Source: an uncultured Candidatus Actinomarina sp. (GTDB lineage Bacteria; Actinomycetota; Acidimicrobiia; Actinomarinales; Actinomarinaceae). From it: a DNA stretch of 64,000 nucleotides. The notes below the pieces were generated by a model. It was not told the DNA's origin. It did no database searches and saw nothing but the letters and a program-made list of their open reading frames with translations. The position numbers were made by a program, and so were the translations under genes. Shown in pieces: positions 30,476 to 37,566 of this stretch (position 1 is its first letter; each line of letters starts with the position of its first letter). The stretch lies in contig CACNFT010000003.1 of the NCBI GenBank assembly GCA_902619825.1, forward strand, positions 78,461 through 142,460. The letters run 5' to 3'.

Positions 30476-31123
30476 TCAACATTTGAAATTTATAATAAGG
30501 ATATTTTTTTCTACACTCCAACTTAGATTATTTTTCTTTATCCAATATATTAATTCACGATGATCAGGATAATTTACTTTATTTGATTTTGGATAATTCT
30601 TATTAAATATTCTGAAATCATCAATTAAAATATTCACTCTTTTAAATTTGTAAAGATATTTCTCTATTATTTCTAATTCAAATAAAATCGGTGAGTGATG
30701 TTTGCCTTCAAAAGTATCCGCACCTGAGTAGTGACCATCAAGCCAAAAAGAAATTTTATCAATGTTAATTTTAGAAATGACTTTTTCAAGATTTTCCTCT
30801 GAAGTTCCATGAATTAAAGTTATATTTTTTTCTTTAGAAAGTATTTCTTTGGCGGCATTGAAGTATTTTTTACTTGGCTCAATTGTGTAAACATGTTGAG
30901 CTATGTTTGAAAGATATTTGGAAGTTTCCCCTAAATATGTTCCAGTTTCTACCCAAGCCCCATTACTAAAATTATATGTTCGAAAAAGTTTTTCTTTAAA
31001 AACTCTTGAAGCAGATTTATTGTATCTTGAAAGCTTATCAAATGAATAAAGTCTCGAAATAAATAATATATAGATTTTTGAATTCAATAAATGCTGCATA
31101 AAATTTATTATTTTTTGTTTCAT
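30476..31123 (-). CDS. Class I SAM-dependent methyltransferase-like protein
   Basis: WVETGTYLG, YTIE, G.SE, FWLDGH and ILIDD.R motifs. Confidence 0.65.
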   Translation of the reverse strand: MKQKIINFMQHLLNSKIYILFISRLYSFDKLSRYNKSASRVFKEKLFRTYNFSNGAWVETGTYLGETSKYLSNIAQHVYTIEPSKKYFNAAKEILSKEKNITLIHGTSEENLEKVISKINIDKISFWLDGHYSGADTFEGKHHSPILFELEIIEKYLYKFKRVNILIDDFRIFNKNYPKSNKVNYPDHRELIYWIKKNNLSWSVEKNILIINFKC

Positions 31124-31133
31124 ATTTAATTCT

Positions 31134-32036
31134 TTAGTTCAGCTCAACAAATGATATATAGTTATAATTAAACATTCTATCTGGTGACTCCTTTTCAAAT
31201 TTTTCAAACTCTGTTGAGAATTTAGAATCTTTTATTTCTGCAAACAATGGTTCAAGTGCTCGATATTTGCCATCCCATCCACTTACTCCCCATTTTTGAT
31301 TTTTGTATAAATATATTGGCTGGATTTCATAATAATTTTTAACAATTTTTCTAAATAAAACTTTGTCGACTAAATTTGGTTTTCTTAATTTATTTTGCAC
31401 ATGGTGATAATGGGTTAGAAAATAAGGCCACGTTGTATTTGCTGTTGTTAACCTGTTTTGTAAGTTTTTTGGTAAGAATTTAAATTTTTCAAACTTATTT
31501 TTATATTTATAACCTGGCACCATATCGGTAATAGGTTGTCCGTAGTCTGAAAGAATTTTTCTTATCGAGTAAGAATCACCATGTCCAGGAGGGTAATTAT
31601 CTTCAAATATAGCATATCTAATACCCCAAGCATTCAAAAACTTGAGTCTATGCATAACATTTGTATGGTCATCAAAAAATACTATCGTTTTGTTGGTATC
31701 TAAATCCTCAAAAGAAATATCTTCTATATCGCCCTCTACATAGTTTGTATTTGAATTTTTGGAAATATATAATCTATTGCTTAAATCTAGATCTACAGAA
31801 ATCAAATCAATATCTGGAATCGAATTTTCAATCAACCAGGTACTGTGGCCTTGCGCTATTCCAGATTCAATAACATGCGAAATATTCAATTTCTTAAGTA
31901 AAGCATAGACTGCAAAAGAGTGATTTATACCCATACCCATTTTGTTATTTTTAATTGGCCTTAAGTTATATACCTCAATAAATTCCGGTAAATACTTTAA
32001 CAATTCTTTATTAGAAAAAAATTTATTAAGTTCCAT
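31134..32036 (-). CDS. Methyltransferase-like hypothetical protein (true start probably ATG 32036)
   Basis: VIESG...G.STW, FFDDH and FEDNY motifs; the ORF-track N-terminus (32037-32090) mostly translates the tRNA remnant. Confidence 0.6.
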   Translation of the reverse strand: MELNKFFSNKELLKYLPEFIEVYNLRPIKNNKMGMGINHSFAVYALLKKLNISHVIESGIAQGHSTWLIENSIPDIDLISVDLDLSNRLYISKNSNTNYVEGDIEDISFEDLDTNKTIVFFDDHTNVMHRLKFLNAWGIRYAIFEDNYPPGHGDSYSIRKILSDYGQPITDMVPGYKYKNKFEKFKFLPKNLQNRLTTANTTWPYFLTHYHHVQNKLRKPNLVDKVLFRKIVKNYYEIQPIYLYKNQKWGVSGWDGKYRALEPLFAEIKDSKFSTEFEKFEKESPDRMFNYNYISFVELN

Positions 32037-32083
32037 TGTGGCCAGAAGCAGAATCGAACTGCCGACCCCTTGTTTTTCAGACA
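32036..32083 (-). repeat. 48-bp duplicate of the 3' part of tRNA-Phe (att site)
   Basis: Matches 32701-32748 at 47 of 48 positions (32047 a vs 32712 g). Confidence 0.95.
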
Positions 32084-32199
32084 GAGGCAAACCATTTGTC
32101 CTTTCATCATTTTAACTTATTCGTTGTGAATTATCGCTCATTTGTGAGAGGCTCTAAAACGCAATGAGCAGTAAATAACAGAGACTTCTTTTGTGAGTA

Positions 32200-32221
32200 T
32201 GTGACAGTTTTGTGACAGTTT
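32200..32221 (+). repeat. Tandem TGTGACAGTTT x2 (putative integrase arm-type sites)
   Basis: Perfect 11-bp tandem repeat; the same motif recurs at 32657-32679. Confidence 0.7.
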
Positions 32222-32605
32222 TTATTCTTTTTCAACTAACTTGTTAACCAGAATAAACAATGATCCACCTATAAGAGTCCATAGTATATCATTCCAATCA
32301 AAAACACCTCTTCCAGGTGTGTATTTTGCAATGAATTCGTTACCTATTAGGCCAACCATAGAAATCACTACTGACCACTTCAATCTATTTTTGTAAACTG
32401 ATGAATTAGATTTAAATACCTCTGGAATGCTTACATAAAAAAAACTTGGTATGCCGATGCCTGGAAAGAAGTTAGGAGCTACTCCAAGAAAATAAATTAC
32501 AAGATCGTTTCCACCAACATAACTGGGTCTAATGTAGCTTTGAACCAAGCCAAATAAAAAAAATGAGATTCCAAATATTGTGTAGTACAGAAAGTGTTTC
32601 TTCAT
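32222..32605 (-). CDS. Small membrane protein, VanZ-like C-terminus (cassette cargo)
   Basis: Four hydrophobic segments; NE.....PGRGVFDWNDI.....G motif. Confidence 0.65.
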   Translation of the reverse strand: MKKHFLYYTIFGISFFLFGLVQSYIRPSYVGGNDLVIYFLGVAPNFFPGIGIPSFFYVSIPEVFKSNSSVYKNRLKWSVVISMVGLIGNEFIAKYTPGRGVFDWNDILWTLIGGSLFILVNKLVEKE

Positions 32606-32656
32606 ATATTGAATATATTACTTTATTGGCTATTACAAGTGTCTGTCGAGAAGTTT

Positions 32657-32679
32657 TGTGACAGTTTTTGTGACAAAAG
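32657..32679 (+). repeat. TGTGACAGTTT-T-TGTGACAAAAG (putative integrase arm-type sites)
   Basis: Second pair of the motif, ending about 21 bp from the att core at 32701. Confidence 0.7.
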
Positions 32680-32703
32680 TCTTTAATTTGTTTAAAAACC
32701 TTG

Positions 32704-32776
32704 TGGCCAGAGGCAGAATCGAACTGCCGACCCCTTGTTTTTCAGACAAGTGCTCTACCGACTGAGCTATCTGGCC
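32704..32776 (-). tRNA. tRNA-Phe (GAA)
   Basis: GGCCAGATAGCTCAGTCGGTAGAGCACTTGTCTGAAAAACAAGGGGTCGGCAGTTCGATTCTGCCTCTGGCCA folds as a cloverleaf; CCA not encoded. Confidence 0.96.
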
Positions 32777-32781
32777 TAATG

Positions 32782-32856
32782 CGGGGACGACGGGATTCGA
32801 ACCCGCGACCTCCTGCGTGACAGGCAGGCGTAAACTCCAGACTTTACCACGCCCCC
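32782..32856 (-). tRNA. tRNA-Asp (GTC)
   Basis: Acceptor stem GGGGGCG/CGTCCCC, anticodon arm CCTGC-CTGTCAC-GCAGG, T-loop TTCGAAT. Confidence 0.95.
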
Positions 32857-32928
32857 GTGATAGATAAATAAATTATAATCTAAAAAAAATTTCTTCGTAA
32901 TAGATTTTTTTTCAATACAATATAACTG

Positions 32929-34362
32929 ATGAAAATAAATAATCTTATTAAATATTTTTTTCGGTTCATATTGCTTCAAACAATTTTGACATCTTTGACA
33001 ATTCTATATTTTGATAATTATTTAATTTCTAGCCAAGAATTTAAACAAAATATTTACGAAAATTTAGTAGAAGATACTGAAAGATTCTTTCCTTTTATTC
33101 CCTATGAATTGATAACAGTTGATAGTTTTTTTACAATTATGATTTTCTTTTTTCTAATAATTCTTTATTCGACAAAGTTTTATACCTATGTAAATGAATT
33201 GTCATTTTCAATAAACAAAAATTTGCTTGATGAGTATTTTCAAATTTATCTTCTCTGGACAAGCTACTTATTTGCTTGTTTTTATGTGTTTAGATTTGAG
33301 AATGTCTCTAGGGGTTATTTATTTCTTTTTTCTGTAATTGTTCCTTTGATTCTGCTCATATTTAGAAATCCAGAATTTTTATCCTCAATACTTGGTAGAT
33401 CAGTAACGAATGAAAATTATCTAACTATAAATCTTGACAAGAATTCAAATTTCAGAAATTTGCGGATTATTACATTTAGAAAAGATTTAGGAAATTTTGA
33501 TTTGGATATAAATAATTCAAATAAAATTATCGAGAAAATTGATGAATTAAATAAAACTGAAAAAGTCAACTTAATAGTCATTAATTTAAACACGACAAGA
33601 AAAATGAATAAACAATTAGAAGAGTATCTAATAGAAACAAATAAAAAAGTGCTTTTAATTTCTACAAATAAACCTGACTTTGATGCAAGCTTTATATATA
33701 GACAAGAAATTTTGGATCAAACTTTTTTTACTTATTTCAATAATGATATTCAATACGGAGCAAAGTACATAATTAAAAGATTCATGGATATAGTTTTAAG
33801 TATTTTTGGCATTATTATATTTTTTCCGATAATACTTTTAGTTGCTTTTTACATAGTGTTCTTAGATGGATTTCCATTTTATATAAAACAAAACAGGGTT
33901 GGTTTGCACGGTCACATTTTTAGTATGTACAAGTTTAGAACAATGAGAATGAATTCACACGAATTACGTGATTCTTTAGATGAACTTAATCAGTCTGATG
34001 GTCCGCTATTTAAAATACAAAATGATCCTAGAATTATTGATCGACTGGAATTTGTAAGAAAATATAGTCTTGATGAATTATTACAATTTTTTAATGTATT
34101 GAAAGGTGAAATGTCAATTGTTGGTCCAAGACCTTTATTTGACGATGATACTCAGCTTTTTAATACAAAATATATGAGAAGACTTAATGTATTACCAGGA
34201 ATAACAGGTTTGTTACAAATCAATGATCGAAATACTTCAGAATTCGAGACGTGGTATAAATACGATATTGAATATATCGAAAATTGGAGTCTCTACTTGG
34301 ATATGAAAATTATTTTAAAAACTCCTTTTGCAATTTTTTCAAAAAAAATAAGAGGTCTGTAA
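32929..34362 (+). CDS. Priming polyprenyl-phosphate sugar-1-phosphate transferase (WcaJ/CpsE-like)
   Basis: N-terminal TM block; KRFMDI, YKFRTM, DPRI, SLDEL.QF.NVLKGEMSIVGPRP and PGITGL.Q motifs. Confidence 0.9.
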   Translation: MKINNLIKYFFRFILLQTILTSLTILYFDNYLISSQEFKQNIYENLVEDTERFFPFIPYELITVDSFFTIMIFFFLIILYSTKFYTYVNELSFSINKNLLDEYFQIYLLWTSYLFACFYVFRFENVSRGYLFLFSVIVPLILLIFRNPEFLSSILGRSVTNENYLTINLDKNSNFRNLRIITFRKDLGNFDLDINNSNKIIEKIDELNKTEKVNLIVINLNTTRKMNKQLEEYLIETNKKVLLISTNKPDFDASFIYRQEILDQTFFTYFNNDIQYGAKYIIKRFMDIVLSIFGIIIFFPIILLVAFYIVFLDGFPFYIKQNRVGLHGHIFSMYKFRTMRMNSHELRDSLDELNQSDGPLFKIQNDPRIIDRLEFVRKYSLDELLQFFNVLKGEMSIVGPRPLFDDDTQLFNTKYMRRLNVLPGITGLLQINDRNTSEFETWYKYDIEYIENWSLYLDMKIILKTPFAIFSKKIRGL

Positions 34363-34367
34363 TAAAG

Positions 34368-34440
34368 TGGGTCGGGTGGGAATCGAACCCACGACCTTGA
34401 GCTTAAAAGGCTCCTGCTCTACCAATTGAGCTACCGACCC
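34368..34440 (-). tRNA. tRNA-Lys (TTT)
   Basis: GGGTCGGTAGCTCAATTGGTAGAGCAGGAGCCTTTTAAGCTCAAGGTCGTGGGTTCGATTCCCACCCGACCCA folds as a cloverleaf. Confidence 0.95.
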
Positions 34441-34479
34441 TGATTAAATATATTACTGTAAATAAAAAGTAATCTTTAG

Positions 34480-34665
34480 TTATTCTTCTTCTTGACTTAT
34501 CTTTTTTTTATAAGATTCAATTAATTCAATAATTTCATCAGTATCAACTGAATTTTTTTCTAAAGATTGTATTTTTTTTGTTAAAGAATCTAATACACTT
34601 TTTAAATTTTTGGAAAGTTGCTTAAATTCTTTATTTAAATCATCAAAGTCGTTATTTTTATCCAT
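34480..34665 (-). CDS. Small coiled-coil hypothetical protein
   Basis: 61-aa heptad-rich ORF co-oriented with its neighbours. Confidence 0.55.
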   Translation of the reverse strand: MDKNNDFDDLNKEFKQLSKNLKSVLDSLTKKIQSLEKNSVDTDEIIELIESYKKKISQEEE

Positions 34666-34675
34666 AGTTCTACAA

Positions 34676-35518
34676 TTATATTTTAGATTTATCAGAAAAT
34701 TTTAAATCTGGATATTTAGATAACCTCTGCCTTGCCCATCTGGCTGGAGGAATTAATCGAAAAAAAGGTGGCAAGAGTGGTCTTGTGCTTTTGAGCAAAA
34801 AAAGATTAAATCTCAATACCAGAGATTTAAATTTTGTAGTTTCTACACCATAAATTTTCTTAAATTCATCTGGTAAAGTATTAAATGCTGTAAAAGAGAT
34901 AAATGGCCAAATTGGTTTTATGTGTTTTGGGACTGGTCCCCCAGAAATAATATCTTGAACATCTTTTGCAACATCTGTTAATAGTAAATAATCATTGTCT
35001 TTGCTTTTATTTATAACCCAGTTTTTTAATTCTTCATGAGTTTTAGGCATCTTCTCAACATCTACTAAAACTAATTTTGCAGACAACATATTTTCAATAT
35101 GGTATTTATCCTTTTCTTCGTCAGAAAGTTTCTTTACTGTTTTTTCGTAGAAATAAATTGATGAAAGCTGTAAACATGCGTGTACCCAAAGAAGTTGTTC
35201 ATGATCAAGTGCATCGTAGTATCCACCAGTAACCTCGTCGTCTCCATTAATAACTTCATGAAGTTTATTTATTCTAGTTGCACTATCGTTAGCTTCTTCA
35301 ATAGTTCCAAAAGTTACTGAATTTTGTAATGATAAGGTTCGTATTAATCTTTTCCATGGATCACGTTGGTAAAATGAAGTTTGTCTTGCACCTGCTGCAA
35401 TTAAAGGATGGGCAGCATGCATAAGTAAAGCCCTTGCACCACCAAAAAGAACTGTAATCTCTTTATTGACTTTCCACATCATAGAGTCTGGGCCAAAATA
35501 TCCAGGATCAGCATTCAT
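34676..35518 (-). CDS. Oxygenase MpaB family protein (DUF2236)
   Basis: GYFGPDS..W, GG.RALL...AHP, RL.RT, H..I.G and LLWVHA motifs. Confidence 0.82.
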   Translation of the reverse strand: MNADPGYFGPDSMMWKVNKEITVLFGGARALLMHAAHPLIAAGARQTSFYQRDPWKRLIRTLSLQNSVTFGTIEEANDSATRINKLHEVINGDDEVTGGYYDALDHEQLLWVHACLQLSSIYFYEKTVKKLSDEEKDKYHIENMLSAKLVLVDVEKMPKTHEELKNWVINKSKDNDYLLLTDVAKDVQDIISGGPVPKHIKPIWPFISFTAFNTLPDEFKKIYGVETTKFKSLVLRFNLFLLKSTRPLLPPFFRLIPPARWARQRLSKYPDLKFSDKSKI

Positions 35519-35595
35519 ACATAACTTTCTTACTTTTATAGTTCATAAAAAATTAATTTTATAACTACTTAGAAAATATATACTTATCGTGAGTA

Positions 35596-36699
35596 ATGAA
35601 ATCAGAATTAAATTATGTGACTTATCAGACATTTCCAGCGAAAACTGCAAATAGTCTTCAAACTATTACAAATATAAAATATTTAATTAGAAACGGTATA
35701 AAAGTCAATCTATATTTTCCAATGAGAGAAAAAGAAAGCTCAGATAGTCTTTCTGAGATACAAAATTTTTACCAAATCAATGAATCTTTTGAAGTGTTTG
35801 GGTTAAAGCATAAACTTCCACACGGTAAGATCAAAATCTTTAAGAAATATGCTTTTCAATTTAGCCACTATATATGGTCAAGAAAAACAATTAAAAAATA
35901 TTTTCACAATAAAACTGAAAATTATATTTTTACCAGATCTGATTGGATAGCCTACTTTGCTGCAAAGAAAGGAAATAAAGTAATTTTTGAATGCCATCAA
36001 AGGTCTAGGACAAGGGACTTCGTAATTAGCCGAATAGGTAATCTACAAAATGTTACAATCGTATTTTTAAATGAAAACTTGAGAGATTCCTATCCTTCTA
36101 TCAACAATTCATTAGTTTTGCACAATGGAGTTGATCATGAATTATTTGATACACAAAATTTAGAAAAAAGAAAATCTATAGTCTTTGTTGGGAGTTTAAG
36201 TAGGTTTAACACATCACGAGGTCTTCCTGATTTTATAAAAACGTACAATGAGGAAAAATTATATAAAAGTTATAATCTGGAGATAGTTGGTGGCAACCAA
36301 GAAGAAATTAAAGAATTAAAAATTTTAATAAATGATTTAAAAATTACAAACTACGTAACACTGCATGGCTATCTTCAGAGAAAAAGTGCAATAGGTATCA
36401 TCTCAAAATGTTCTATAGGTTTATTAATTAATAGCGATGAGAACCAACACTCGACAAAATATACCTCACCTTTAAAGTATTTTGAATACTTATATGGGGG
36501 TCTTTTTGTGATAGCTTCTGACTATCCCTCTCATAGAAGTTTACCTTTCAATAAAATGATTTCTTTTTTTAATCTAAAGGATAAAAATAGTCTTTCAAAT
36601 GCACTTCAGAACCTTCCAAACACTAATTTAGAAAAAAATTATTTGAAAGAAATTACTGTTGATAAAAGGGTAAAAAAAATTATAGAGTTATTTGACTAG
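35596..36699 (+). CDS. GT4-like glycosyltransferase
   Basis: P...ANS.Q, HNGVD, FVGSL and TSPLKYFEYL motifs. Confidence 0.78.
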   Translation: MKSELNYVTYQTFPAKTANSLQTITNIKYLIRNGIKVNLYFPMREKESSDSLSEIQNFYQINESFEVFGLKHKLPHGKIKIFKKYAFQFSHYIWSRKTIKKYFHNKTENYIFTRSDWIAYFAAKKGNKVIFECHQRSRTRDFVISRIGNLQNVTIVFLNENLRDSYPSINNSLVLHNGVDHELFDTQNLEKRKSIVFVGSLSRFNTSRGLPDFIKTYNEEKLYKSYNLEIVGGNQEEIKELKILINDLKITNYVTLHGYLQRKSAIGIISKCSIGLLINSDENQHSTKYTSPLKYFEYLYGGLFVIASDYPSHRSLPFNKMISFFNLKDKNSLSNALQNLPNTNLEKNYLKEITVDKRVKKIIELFD

Positions 36700-36773
36700 C
36701 ACGCCTGGAGGGACTCGAACCCCCAACCCTCTGATCCGAAGTCAGATGCTCTATCCAGTTAAGCTACAGGCGC
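36700..36773 (-). tRNA. tRNA-Arg (TCG)
   Basis: GCGCCTGTAGCTTAACTGGATAGAGCATCTGACTTCGGATCAGAGGGTTGGGGGTTCGAGTCCCTCCAGGCGTG; anticodon arm TCTGA-CTTCGGA-TCAGA. Confidence 0.95.
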
Positions 36774-36831
36774 GTAAATAGTTTTAAAAAATATATTTAA
36801 AGATATTTTTATTTATATAATAGTTTCAATA

Positions 36832-37566
36832 ATGGATAGTGTTCGTATATTAAAAACTGAAATGTCAGTCACTAACATTGATGATGTTGCCGAAGATTTG
36901 ATTTTCAAGAATAAAATTTCAGTTGCTATATGTAATGCGAATACATTAGTCAGATGTTATAAAGATAAAGAACTCAACAACACAATCAATTCTTTTGATA
37001 TTAGATGTCCAGATGGATTTCCAGTAGCAAAAGCCTCAAAAATTATTTATAAAAATAATCAAATGAGAGTGGATGGATATAAATTATTTTTAGAAACAAT
37101 TGAAAGAGGCTTAAGTAATAATGTTTCTCATTATTTTTTTGGAAATTCTGAAGAAATAGTTTTAAAAATGATTGAAAGTATTAAAACAAAATATGCTGAT
37201 GTAAATATCAAAGGCTTTACCTGCCCGCCTAATTTAGGCTATGAAGAACTTTCTGACGAAAAGTATATAGATGATATAAATGCGAAAAATCCTGACATAC
37301 TCTGGGTTTCACTTGGTTTTCCAAAACAAGAAAAATTTATCAATTTAATAAAAAAAAATAATTCGATAGATACAAATATGGTTGGAGTTGGTGCGGTTTT
37401 TGAATGGGTAGCGGGAACAAAAATCAAAGCTCCAGAATGGTTAGCAAATATTGGTTTAGAGTGGTTAATTAGATTAATTCAGGAGCCAAAAAGATTGTTT
37501 AGACGTTATTTGGTTGATAATTTTCTATTTATAATTTATTTTATAAAACAATATATAAGAAATTAG
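36832..37566 (+). CDS. WecB/TagA/CpsF-family glycosyltransferase (GT26)
   Basis: PDG.PV, R.DG, V.LG.PKQE, VGVGA.F and GLEWL.RL..EP.RL.RRY motifs. Confidence 0.9.
   Translation: MDSVRILKTEMSVTNIDDVAEDLIFKNKISVAICNANTLVRCYKDKELNNTINSFDIRCPDGFPVAKASKIIYKNNQMRVDGYKLFLETIERGLSNNVSHYFFGNSEEIVLKMIESIKTKYADVNIKGFTCPPNLGYEELSDEKYIDDINAKNPDILWVSLGFPKQEKFINLIKKNNSIDTNMVGVGAVFEWVAGTKIKAPEWLANIGLEWLIRLIQEPKRLFRRYLVDNFLFIIYFIKQYIRN

Larger units (their letters stand above)
32036..32748. mobile_element. Miniature tRNA-Phe-integrated cassette (665-bp unit, no integrase)
   Basis: Flanked by a 48-bp direct repeat of the tRNA 3' end; contains one ORF and paired TGTGACAGTTT repeats at both sides. Confidence 0.75.

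Noticed and set aside
32037-32090. N-terminal extension MPLSEKQGVGSSILLLAT of the 318-aa ORF
   Set aside because: It is mostly the translated tRNA-Phe remnant; the real start is more likely ATG 32036
32200-32679. CRISPR array from the TGTGACAGTTT repeats
   Set aside because: The repeats are 11 bp, tandem without spacers, and no cas genes are present
32776-32979. 67-aa ORF on the minus strand
   Set aside because: It reads through tRNA-Asp and overlaps the start of the sugar transferase gene; spurious
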